The position numbers and the translations under genes were made by a program. A stretch of DNA of 24,000 nt from Nanobdellota archaeon (GTDB lineage: Archaea; Nanobdellota; Nanobdellia; Pacearchaeales; GW2011-AR1), in assembly GCA_018830525.1 (NCBI GenBank), contig JAHJSH010000020.1, positions 1 to 24,000 of the forward strand, in the 5' to 3' direction. This document shows positions 1 to 7,691 of the stretch, piece after piece. The notes beneath the pieces are model-generated. The model was not told the DNA's origin. It did not search any database and was given only the letters and a program-made list of their open reading frames with translations. Numbering within the stretch: position 1 is the first letter of the stretch; each line of letters begins with the position of its first letter.

Positions 1-174
1 AGTCTAGACAGTACACCAAGAGAACACAGCAGAAGAATAAATGATTTCATAGACATCGGAATTTATGGAAAAAATGCATGCTATTCTTCTAGCTCTTGGT
101 TATTTGGAATTATCTTATTTTGTGTAGTTTCGGAGATACTGTCGGTTGGGGCAAACCTTATAAATCACTATTAG
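1..174 (+). CDS. Partial hypothetical protein, C-terminal end only (cut by window start)
   Basis: Frame 1 is open from base 1 to TAG at 172-174: SLDSTPREHSRRINDFIDIGIYGKNACYSSSSWLFGIILFCVVSEILSVGANLINHY; contains one hydrophobic stretch. No family recognised. Confidence 0.35.
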   Translation, partial: SLDSTPREHSRRINDFIDIGIYGKNACYSSSSWLFGIILFCVVSEILSVGANLINHY

Positions 175-185
175 GTTTATTGTTC

Positions 186-341
186 ATGGCAGATATTGGA
201 ATTCCGGGTATGGGTGGCGGTTTAATGCGTTATAAGGAAGAATACAATTCTAAAATTAAATTTGGGCCTGGCGCTGTCGTAGGTATGATTATTGTTACAA
301 TTATTCTTGTTGTCGGACTTAGAATTTTTTTAGGTGCTTAA
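186..341 (+). CDS. secG: Preprotein translocase subunit Sec61beta (archaeal SecG-like)
   Basis: Internal ATG at 186 of the 96..341 ORF gives MADIGIPGMGGGLMRYKEEYNSKIKFGPGAVVGMIIVTIILVVGLRIFLGA, the typical short Sec61beta pattern (GLMRYxEE...P..V, one C-terminal TM). TTATAAA at 158-164 lies 22-28 nt upstream of this ATG. Confidence 0.85.
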   Translation: MADIGIPGMGGGLMRYKEEYNSKIKFGPGAVVGMIIVTIILVVGLRIFLGA

Positions 342-671
342 ATGTTTCCGGGAGGGATGAACCCTGCAAAGATGCAAGGCATGATGAAGAAGATGGGAAT
401 TTCTCAGACCCCGTTGAAGGTAAAGAGAGTTATTTTTGAGATGGAAGATACTAATTTGGTTATTGACGACCCTTCGGTTATTCGAGTAATGATGCAAGGG
501 CAAGAGACTTACCAAGTTTCAGGCGAGGCTCAAGAAGAACTGGCTGAAAGTTTTTCTGAAGAAGATGTTGCGATGGTTGTTGAAAAAACGGGGAAAATGG
601 AAGAAGAAGTTAGAGAAATGTTGGAGCAAGTTGGCGGAGATATTGCTGAGGCAATTATGAGTTTAAAATAG
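342..671 (+). CDS. nac: Nascent polypeptide-associated complex protein (archaeal NAC alpha with C-terminal UBA)
   Basis: MFPGGMNPAKMQGMMKKMGI start, central NAC domain, C-terminal EEDVAMVVEKTGKMEEEVREMLEQVGGDIAEAIMSLK UBA-like segment. Confidence 0.93.
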   Translation: MFPGGMNPAKMQGMMKKMGISQTPLKVKRVIFEMEDTNLVIDDPSVIRVMMQGQETYQVSGEAQEELAESFSEEDVAMVVEKTGKMEEEVREMLEQVGGDIAEAIMSLK

Positions 672-680
672 AGTGCAATA

Positions 681-983
681 ATGAATAAAAAGAGTTTTTT
701 AGATAGTTGTAATATGAATGAATATGAAGCATTATTTTTTGCAGAATTGAGCATTGGAGCAGTAGCATTTGTTGGATCCAATATATATTCATATTGTATA
801 ACTAAAAGTAATCTAAATGAATTTGGTAGAGGAAAAATAGCAGACCATAAAAAATGGGTGGGAGGTGTGAGGTTTATTACCCCAATATATCTTCTATTCT
901 ATGGGATAGGATCTCAAATTGCTTTTGGACAATATGATAGAAAGCAGAAAAAAAGTATAGAAGGGGTTGTTGAAGAAGAGTAG
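681..983 (+). CDS. Hypothetical small membrane protein
   Basis: 100-aa ORF, two hydrophobic segments (FAELSIGAVAFVGSNIYSY; FITPIYLLFYGIGSQIAFG); no family recognised. Confidence 0.45.
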   Translation: MNKKSFLDSCNMNEYEALFFAELSIGAVAFVGSNIYSYCITKSNLNEFGRGKIADHKKWVGGVRFITPIYLLFYGIGSQIAFGQYDRKQKKSIEGVVEEE

Positions 984-1022
984 TGCAATAATTAATATAA
1001 ACTCCCCTTAATCTATCTAGGT

Positions 1023-1445
1023 ATGGGAAATTTTAATGAGCCATTAATTAATGCGAAATATCATTTGGTTGTGGCGGAACGTATGTATTCGGGTTATGGC
1101 GAGTTTCCGGATAAAAGATTTCTTATTGGAGTTATCAACGAAGCGGCCCGAGCGGTTTCTAATTTGATGAAAGCATTTTTGATTCGTGCAAATCGTGGCG
1201 GGAAGGATTCAAAAAGGAACATTGAAATTTTTATGAATGAAATTGCACCACAATATCTTGATGCTTTGACTGTGGAAAATTTGTTTAAGGTACTTGAAAT
1301 TGAAAAGGCTCAGAAGACTTCCCCCATAGAATATGCGAAGGGCGAGAGTATAATTCTGTTAATTGATGGGAAATATCGTTTTTTGTCGGCGCAACGAATT
1401 GGGGAATTTGTTGAATCAATTAAGGTTGGAATTGGTGAATTCTGA
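1023..1445 (+). CDS. Hypothetical all-alpha protein, possibly HEPN-like
   Basis: 140-aa ORF with helical pattern (NAKYHLVVAERMYSGYGEFPDKRFLIGVINEAARAVSNLMKAFLIRA). HEPN assignment is tentative. Confidence 0.6.
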   Translation: MGNFNEPLINAKYHLVVAERMYSGYGEFPDKRFLIGVINEAARAVSNLMKAFLIRANRGGKDSKRNIEIFMNEIAPQYLDALTVENLFKVLEIEKAQKTSPIEYAKGESIILLIDGKYRFLSAQRIGEFVESIKVGIGEF

Positions 1446-1468
1446 AAATTTTCGACAGATATAAAAAG

Positions 1469-2014
1469 GTGGTTCTCCTGGTCTTTTTTGCGCTAAGATT
1501 GTCGATTGATAATCGACTTGGAAGCATGGTCTCGCTAAGGCTTGCTTTCGCACTAAAGGAATGGGTTTATACTATTGAAGAAATAATCAAGGAAAAGACA
1601 AGTGCCGACCATCTCTTATATGTGAGTTTAAAATATACAAAAACTTGCGATGTTATATTGAATCTATTGGCTCGGTGGAAGAGTTTAATTGAAATTAGTT
1701 TCGACGCTCTTCTTGAACAGAAGGTTGAGGCAGGAAAAGTTCCCCATGCTCCGGAAAGTCCAAAACAACGGATTGAGTTTATGAAAAAATACTTCAAGAA
1801 ATCTGAAGAGATTCAGGCAGTTATTCCATTGTACATCTTTTTTAAGAGAGTTCCGGACTTGAACAAAACACGGGAAGGTGAATTCAGGAAAAATGTTAAT
1901 TTGAAGGTTATAGATCCTACAAAAACTACTGAAATTAATATGGAAAAATTGGGGGAATACGCGGAAATCGTCGAGGAATTCATTAGTAAAGTTAAAAAAA
2001 TTCTAACTAGTTGA
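1469..2014 (+). CDS. Hypothetical all-alpha protein, partner of preceding ORF; true start uncertain
   Basis: 181-aa ORF directly downstream of 1023..1445; helical sequence. A start at ATG 1526 is possible. Confidence 0.6.
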   Translation: MVLLVFFALRLSIDNRLGSMVSLRLAFALKEWVYTIEEIIKEKTSADHLLYVSLKYTKTCDVILNLLARWKSLIEISFDALLEQKVEAGKVPHAPESPKQRIEFMKKYFKKSEEIQAVIPLYIFFKRVPDLNKTREGEFRKNVNLKVIDPTKTTEINMEKLGEYAEIVEEFISKVKKILTS

Positions 2015-2124
2015 ATAAAATTAACATCAAAAATGTTCCATGAATTCATTTGTTCGGGGGAGTGAAAAATGAATGAACAAAGCTTATAAACCGAGTTTTT
2101 CTGATAATTACATTCAAGATTGAA

Positions 2125-2170
2125 ATGGTAATCCGGGGATATAACCTTTCAGATCGGGATGGTCTGCAAA
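2125..2170 (+). ncRNA. Conserved 46-nt element, copy 1 (structured RNA, leader, or short ORF)
   Basis: ATGGTAATCCGGGGATATAACCTTTCAGATCGGGATGGTCTGCAAA aligns without gaps to 15506-15551 (about 34/46 identical); predicted CAGAU/GUCUG hairpin with bulged C and CCUUU/AAAGG extension. Confidence 0.45.
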
Positions 2171-2210
2171 GGGTCAAGGACACGTCTAAAAAATTTTGAG
2201 AAAATAAAAC

Positions 2211-2963
2211 ATGGCACGAATAATTGTTATAAATTCAGGGAAAGGTGGCGTTGGTAAAACTACTACCGCAATAAATTTAGGCGCTTCTTTAAATAAATTG
2301 AATCATGAGGTAATTATTGTCGATGCAAATTTGAATACGCCGAACATTGGATTGCAACTTGGTGCTCCAATCGTTCCGATTACATTAAATCATGTTCTTA
2401 AGGGAAAGGCAGATATTGAAGATGCTATTTATGAACATTCCTCTGGGACAAAAATTATTCCTTCATCTCTTTCAGTTAAAGAATTGACAAAATTTAATAC
2501 TAAAAAACTTCCAGAGATTATGAAAAAATTGAGTACTCTTTGTGATTATGTTATTGTTGATTCAGCGGCAGGATTTGGTGATGAAGTTATTGCGGTTTTA
2601 GGGGCTGCTGACGAGATTATTATTGTTACAAACCCGGAAATGCCCGCGGTTACCGATGCTTTGAAGGCAATTAAGGTTGCTAGAAGTATGGGAAAGGTGA
2701 TTAACGGAATTATCGTGACCAGACATAGCGGGGCTAAATATGAAATGCCTTTGTCCTCAATTAAGTCTATGTTAGAATCCCAAATTATTGGAGTTATTCC
2801 TGAAGACAAAGCTGTTAAAGAAGCTTTGAATCTTCGAGATGCGGTCGTCCATACCCATCCTAGGAGCAGAGTTTCTAAGAAATATTATGAAATCGCCAAA
2901 CTGGTTTCTGGAGAGACTATTGAAAATAAGAAAAGTTTTTTAGAAAGGTTATTTAGAATATAG
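2211..2963 (+). CDS. minD: MinD/ParA-family P-loop ATPase
   Basis: Deviant Walker A MARIIVINSGKGGVGKTTTAINLGASL, plus VDANLNTPN and DYVIVDSAAGFGDE. Confidence 0.93.
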   Translation: MARIIVINSGKGGVGKTTTAINLGASLNKLNHEVIIVDANLNTPNIGLQLGAPIVPITLNHVLKGKADIEDAIYEHSSGTKIIPSSLSVKELTKFNTKKLPEIMKKLSTLCDYVIVDSAAGFGDEVIAVLGAADEIIIVTNPEMPAVTDALKAIKVARSMGKVINGIIVTRHSGAKYEMPLSSIKSMLESQIIGVIPEDKAVKEALNLRDAVVHTHPRSRVSKKYYEIAKLVSGETIENKKSFLERLFRI

Positions 2964-3980
2964 TTGGGGAAATTTAGTGATTATTTAACTATGGAAACAA
3001 AATACCTCCCATTTGAGGGCGAAGTTGAAAAAATTGATGGCCAGATTTCTGAATTGATTGAATATGGTAAGCAAAAAGGAATCAGTTATTCTTCTGAAAT
3101 TGATAAGTTAATTACCAAAAGAAGGGGTATACTTAAGAACATTTATTCTAACCTTTTTGCCTGGGATACTGTGCAAGTCGCTCGGCATCCACAGCGTCCG
3201 ATTTTGGAGGATTATATTAATCTGATGGTTCATGATTTTGAAGAGATGCATGGCGATAGACTTTATGGAGATGATCGGGCTCTGATTGGAGGACTGGGAA
3301 GGATTGGTAGAGAGAAAGTTATGATTGTAGGGCATAATAAAGGACGAGCGAAAGATTTGGAGAAAATGGCTGGAGAAAATATGGAAGAAAAGATGAGATA
3401 CATCGCAGGATGCCCGAATCCGGAGGGGTTTAGAAAGGCGAATAGACTTATGAGATATGCCGAGAAGTTCGGTATACCCATAGTCACTCTTATCGATACT
3501 CCAGGTGCTTATCCTGGAATTGGTGCTGAAGAAAGGGGACAGGCTAGTGCTATTGCTGAGAACTTGAGGTATATGGCTAGGGCGCGGGTTCCAATTGTTT
3601 CAGTAGTTATTGGTGAGGGGGGTAGTGGGGGTGCTTTGGGAATTGGAGTTGCAAATTATTTTGGTGCTTTGGAGTATTCTTACTACTCAGTTATTTCTCC
3701 AGAAGGTTGTGCAGCTATTTTGTGGAGGAATGGGAACGAGAAGGAAGAAGCTGCGGAAACATTAAAATTAACTGCTCGTGGAGGATATGAATTAGGCGCA
3801 ATTGATGAGGTTATTAGAGAGCCTTTAGGCGGGGCGCATAGAAATCTTCGCGAGACTATTATTGAAGTTAAAAGATATATTCTTCAGGCTATTGGAAAAT
3901 TAAAAAATATGAAAGGTGAAAAGTTGGTGGAACACAGACATAAGATGATTAATAGAAGGGCAAGCGGAACGAGGGATTAA
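2964..3980 (+). CDS. accA: Acetyl-CoA carboxylase carboxyltransferase alpha subunit (AccA-like)
   Basis: HPQRPILEDYI, HGDRLYGDDRALIGGLGRI, GHNKGR, CPNPEGFRKANRLMRYAEKFGIPIVTLIDTPGAYPGIGAEERGQ, VIGEGGSGGALGIGVA, YSVISPEGCAAILW. TTG start at 2964 directly abuts the minD stop; ATG at 2991 is an alternative. Confidence 0.93.
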   Translation: MGKFSDYLTMETKYLPFEGEVEKIDGQISELIEYGKQKGISYSSEIDKLITKRRGILKNIYSNLFAWDTVQVARHPQRPILEDYINLMVHDFEEMHGDRLYGDDRALIGGLGRIGREKVMIVGHNKGRAKDLEKMAGENMEEKMRYIAGCPNPEGFRKANRLMRYAEKFGIPIVTLIDTPGAYPGIGAEERGQASAIAENLRYMARARVPIVSVVIGEGGSGGALGIGVANYFGALEYSYYSVISPEGCAAILWRNGNEKEEAAETLKLTARGGYELGAIDEVIREPLGGAHRNLRETIIEVKRYILQAIGKLKNMKGEKLVEHRHKMINRRASGTRD

Positions 3981-5773
3981 CCAACTACGCTTCCGGCTTC
4001 TATATCTATATCGGGAGTTATCAATGAAATACTTGTGTGGTCTTTGTTTGAGGCTGCCAGTAACATTCCTTGGGATTCAATTCCTCTGAGTTTTCTTGGA
4101 ACTAAGTTTGTTAATACGATTATTTTTTTACCCTTGAGGTCGTCATGCGAATAGAATTCTTTTATTCCCGCGCAAATTGTTCGGCTTTCATCTCCGATAG
4201 AAATATCTAACTTGTAAAGTTTATCTGCGCCTTCGATATTTTCAACATTTTGAATTTCCGCGACTCGTAAGTCTAACTTTTCGAAGTCTGCATACTGAAT
4301 TGTTGTTACTCCTTCCATTATCTCTTTAGGCTCTTCAGATTTATTAAGGTTTGGTTTGCCTGCTGGGACGTCTATCTTTGTAAAGAGGATTGGTGCTTTT
4401 TTTATTTTATCTGTTTTGAAAATCTTGGATATTTTTTCTGCCGATTCTGGGATGAATGGGGAGAGAAGTTTTGCTATTTCTCGGATTGATTCCACTAATT
4501 GGTATAAAACTTTTTTATTGTGTGTTTCCCAAGGTTTTTTAGATTGAATAAACTCATTACAGGTGTCGATGAATGCAAAAATTTCGTTTAATGTTTTGTC
4601 AAGTTCATAATTATCTATTAATTTTCCAATTTGTTTTACCTTGAATTTTTTAACTAAAGTATTTGGAGTTTTTTCTATTCCATATTTTTCAGCTAATGCT
4701 GAAGTTCGGGAAACTAAGTTTCCTAATTTATTTGCTAATTCATCATTATACCGTTTAACCAGGGCAATTTCATTAAAATCACCATCTTCTCCTGTTGCGA
4801 ATGGGAATTGTCTCAAACAAAAATATCTAACTGAATCGGCACCATATTTTTCTACGAGAGTTACTGGAGAAATTGCATTACCTAAAGATTTTGATATTTT
4901 TTGTCCATTGAATGTAAGAAAGCCATGATTAAAGATTGTTTTTGGTAACTCTATCCCTGCAGATTTTAGCATTGCTGGCCAGTATACTGTATGAAACCAA
5001 GTGTTGTCTTTTCCTAAAAGATGTGTTGTGAGTTTTCCCCAGAATTTTTCTCTTCCTTTTTCTCTCGTCGCTGTGTAGTAACTTATTAAAGCCTCAAACC
5101 AAACATAAGTTATGTGTTTTTTGTCTAATGGAAATGGAATCCCCCAATCAAAAGATGTTCGCGTTATGCTTAAATCTTTTAGACCCTCTTTTACTCGATT
5201 AATTATTTCATTTCTTCGGGAAGTTGGTAAAATAAATTCTGGATGTTTTTTATATAAATCTAATAAGAACTTTTGATATTTGGATAATCTAAAGAAATAG
5301 GTTTCTTCTTTTATTTTTTCCAGCGGTCTTTTATGTAATTGACATACTCCGTCTGGGCAATCTTTTTCGGTGTAGTATGCTTCACAGCCAGTGCAATAAA
5401 GTCCTTCATATTCTCCGAGATAAATGTCTCCGTTCGCGTTGCATTTTTTTATGAAATCTTCTACGACTTTTTTATGGTCTTTATCAGTCGTTCTTATGAA
5501 TCTGTCATATTTTATGTTCAATGCTTTCCATGCTTCTTTGAATTTTTCTGAAACTTCATCTACAAATTCTTTAGGATTCTTCCCCGTTTTTTTCGCAGAC
5601 TCTTCGACTTTCTTCCCATGTTCATCAGTCCCGGTCACGAATAAGACTTCTTTTCCTTGAAGCTTGTTCCACCTAGCAAGAACATCCGCTACGATTTTCT
5701 GATACGCGTGACCTATATGGGGGGGTGCGTTTACGTAGTCTATTGCTGTTGTTACATAAAATTTTTCTGCCAT
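3977..5773 (-). CDS. metG: Methionyl-tRNA synthetase with C-terminal tRNA-binding (EMAP/Trbp-like) domain
   Basis: AIDYVNAPPHIGHAYQKIVADVLARW, TGTDEHGKK, CTGCEAYY, NGQKISKSLGN, and C-terminal DLRVAEIQNVENIEGADKLYKLDISIGDE...VVLTNL-like segment. Confidence 0.96.
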   Translation of the reverse strand: MAEKFYVTTAIDYVNAPPHIGHAYQKIVADVLARWNKLQGKEVLFVTGTDEHGKKVEESAKKTGKNPKEFVDEVSEKFKEAWKALNIKYDRFIRTTDKDHKKVVEDFIKKCNANGDIYLGEYEGLYCTGCEAYYTEKDCPDGVCQLHKRPLEKIKEETYFFRLSKYQKFLLDLYKKHPEFILPTSRRNEIINRVKEGLKDLSITRTSFDWGIPFPLDKKHITYVWFEALISYYTATREKGREKFWGKLTTHLLGKDNTWFHTVYWPAMLKSAGIELPKTIFNHGFLTFNGQKISKSLGNAISPVTLVEKYGADSVRYFCLRQFPFATGEDGDFNEIALVKRYNDELANKLGNLVSRTSALAEKYGIEKTPNTLVKKFKVKQIGKLIDNYELDKTLNEIFAFIDTCNEFIQSKKPWETHNKKVLYQLVESIREIAKLLSPFIPESAEKISKIFKTDKIKKAPILFTKIDVPAGKPNLNKSEEPKEIMEGVTTIQYADFEKLDLRVAEIQNVENIEGADKLYKLDISIGDESRTICAGIKEFYSHDDLKGKKIIVLTNLVPRKLRGIESQGMLLAASNKDHTSISLITPDIDIEAGSVVG

Positions 5774-5888
5774 ATTGAAACGAGTTGGAAAAGATTATTA
5801 AAGATTGCTATTATAGGAATTTCGCGCGCGGGTGGTATAGTTCCACGATTTTCAAAACAAATCGCTTCAAATACTACTCTGCTACATT

Positions 5889-5945
5889 GCGTGAGTAGTA
5901 TAATGGTCGCATATGAGCTTCCCAAGCTCGGGATCCGGGTTCTAC
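5889..5945 (+). tRNA. tRNA-Gly(CCC)-like body, incomplete or interrupted in the T arm
   Basis: GCGTGAG-TA-GTATAATGGTCGCATA-TGAGC-TTCCCAA-GCTCG-GGAT-CCGGG-TTC. The anticodon loop TTCCCAA (CCC at 5921-5923) sits on a 5-bp stem, but the expected adjacent T-arm 3' half and acceptor 3' strand are absent. CCCGG occurs at 6008-6012 and a pairing acceptor strand CTCGCGCA at 6070-6077. Confidence 0.45.
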
Positions 5946-6003
5946 TCGCAATTTACATCTCGCAAAAAGATGTTTTGAAAATGTTTTGCTCAAAGCGAAT
6001 TGC
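5941..6003. repeat. Degenerate direct repeat, copy A
   Basis: TCTACTCGCAATTTACATCTCGCAAAAAGATGTTTTGAAAATGTTTTGCTCAAAGCGAATTG, roughly 75% identical with one gap to 8327-8388. Confidence 0.65.
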
Positions 6004-6146
6004 TCGTCCCGGCAAGCGCATAATCGAACAGTTCGATTTGCCCGAAGGGTATGCAGTTTACTGCCGAGGCTCGCGCATAATCTAATCTAGTCCAGGTATT
6101 TTTGTTTTATCGCTAGTTTTTTAAAATGTATTAACGAGTAGACCTT

Positions 6147-7661
6147 GTGGTAAAAAGAGATGTTATTTCTAAATCTGGAAAGATACTTGGAAAAGCTGCT
6201 GCAATTAAACATCCAATTGTCCAAAAAAAGATTGAGAAGAGTTTGAAATTGAGTATTCAAGAGGGTTCGTTAGCTTCAGTTTCGGGAGGTTTGGGTCTTT
6301 CCTATTTTGCTCCATTTGCTTTAGCGATGAATGCTACCTCAAGTCAGGTAGGGATACTGCATGCGATTATCAGTCTAGTTCCGAGCGTGATTCAATTGCA
6401 CGTGGCTAAACTTCTTAAAAAATATTCTAGAAAGAAAGTCCTCTTGACTAGTGTCGGGATAAAATTGTTATTGTGGGTCCCGATTCTCTTGACCGGATTA
6501 TTGTTCTATCTAGGAGTTCCATATATGGTGTGGGTTTTTATCGGATTAGTTGGAATCGATTATGCTATTGGAGCAATTGCGCATCCCGCATGGTTTTCTT
6601 TAATGGGTTCGTTAGTCCCTGAAGAAAAACGAGGAAAGTATTTTGCTAAGAGAAATAGAATCGCAGGATTCTTTGGATTGGTTACTATGATCGTGGGTGC
6701 GATTATTTTAGATTTTAGTAAAAGTATAGGGTTCGCCAGAGGGGATATCCTTGGTTATACTCTTCTAGGATTTGGGATATTATTCGTTCTTGCAGCATTA
6801 ATTAGGATGTGGTCATGGACACTTTTGGCTAGACACTATGAGCCAAAATTAGTAGTTCGAAAGAAAGATAGTTTTTCATTTTGGGAATTTTTGAAAAGGG
6901 CTCCATCTACACCATTTGGAAGATTCACTTTGTTTAGGGGATTCTTCAGCATTGCTATTGCTATTGCTGGGCCGTTTTGGGCAGTTTATATGTTAAGAGA
7001 TTTAGGATTTTCATATATTTGGTTTATAGCGATTACGGTTTCAGGAACCGCATTTCAATTAATGTTTTTCCCACTTATGGGGAAAGCATCAGATAAATTT
7101 GGGAATATTAAAATAATGGGGATTTGCTCGGGGCTTATGTTTTTGATTCCGTTCCTTTGGCTTGCTTCATCATTGATTAGTTCGAATATTGGCGTCCAAA
7201 TTTATCTATTGTTTGTCCCGGCAATAGTAAGCGGTTTTGCGTGGTCAGGTTATAATCTTGCGACGAATAATTATGTCTATGACGCGGTCGCTCAAAGAAA
7301 ACAATGTTATGGAGTCTCGTATATGAATTTACTTGTTGGTGTTGGAACATTCATTGGTGCAAGTATTGGTTCATTGATTGCGTGGTTGGGCATTCCTTTT
7401 ATGAACACAATATTATTTATCTTTATAATTTCTGGACTTGCTAGATTGCTAGTCGCGATTTTTGGAGTTAAATATCTTCGAGAAGTCCGACATGTCGGCA
7501 AATTTTCTTCGCACTACCTCATTAAAGAATTCAGTCCAATGCAAGGTGTGGTTCGGGAAGTCCATTATCTAGAACATATAGTTGAAAAAGTCCAACACTA
7601 CGTAAAGAAGGGAGAAGAGAAACCTCTGCCAAAAGAGGTTATATCTTATGAGGATAGTTAA
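6147..7661 (+). CDS. MFS-family transporter
   Basis: 504 aa with about 12 hydrophobic segments; YFAKRNRIAGFFGLVTMIVGAII and GKASDKFGNIKIMGICSGLMFLIPFLW resemble MFS loops. GTG start; TTTTAAAA about 25-30 nt upstream. Confidence 0.85.
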   Translation: MVKRDVISKSGKILGKAAAIKHPIVQKKIEKSLKLSIQEGSLASVSGGLGLSYFAPFALAMNATSSQVGILHAIISLVPSVIQLHVAKLLKKYSRKKVLLTSVGIKLLLWVPILLTGLLFYLGVPYMVWVFIGLVGIDYAIGAIAHPAWFSLMGSLVPEEKRGKYFAKRNRIAGFFGLVTMIVGAIILDFSKSIGFARGDILGYTLLGFGILFVLAALIRMWSWTLLARHYEPKLVVRKKDSFSFWEFLKRAPSTPFGRFTLFRGFFSIAIAIAGPFWAVYMLRDLGFSYIWFIAITVSGTAFQLMFFPLMGKASDKFGNIKIMGICSGLMFLIPFLWLASSLISSNIGVQIYLLFVPAIVSGFAWSGYNLATNNYVYDAVAQRKQCYGVSYMNLLVGVGTFIGASIGSLIAWLGIPFMNTILFIFIISGLARLLVAIFGVKYLREVRHVGKFSSHYLIKEFSPMQGVVREVHYLEHIVEKVQHYVKKGEEKPLPKEVISYEDS

Positions 7662-7691
7662 ATTTAAGTAGGAAGAGATATTTTTATTAAG

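Larger units (their letters stand above)
5826..6077 (+). ncRNA. Unclassified structured RNA-like locus (strand uncertain)
   Basis: Termini pair (GCGCGGG 5826-5832 / CTCGCGC 6070-6076). Internal complementary segments include CGATTT/AAATCG, ATACTACTC/GAGTAGTAT, GAGCTT-CCC-AAGCTC, AATCGAAC/GTTCGATT, GCAGT/ACTGC, and a 12-nt ATTTTCAAAACA/TGTTTTGAAAAT match. Confidence 0.4.

Noticed and set aside
2125-2170. Standard C/D box or H/ACA sRNA
   Set aside because: No convincing paired RTGATGA/CTGA boxes or correctly spaced terminal ACA. The presence of a Cbf5 gene keeps H/ACA possible but the match is not good enough to call.
2546-2809. 87-aa minus-strand ORF in the MinD-like gene
   Set aside because: Antisense to well-supported coding sequence.
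5823-6083. RNase P RNA or SRP RNA
   Set aside because: Size is roughly suitable, but I could not find the conserved RNase P core or the SRP helix 8 GGAA/AGCAG motifs on either strand.
5657-6085. 142-aa plus-strand ORF
   Set aside because: Begins antisense to metG and crosses the structured tRNA-like locus; no recognisable domain. Its C-terminal part looks mildly protein-like, but the palindromic RNA-like pattern is a better explanation.
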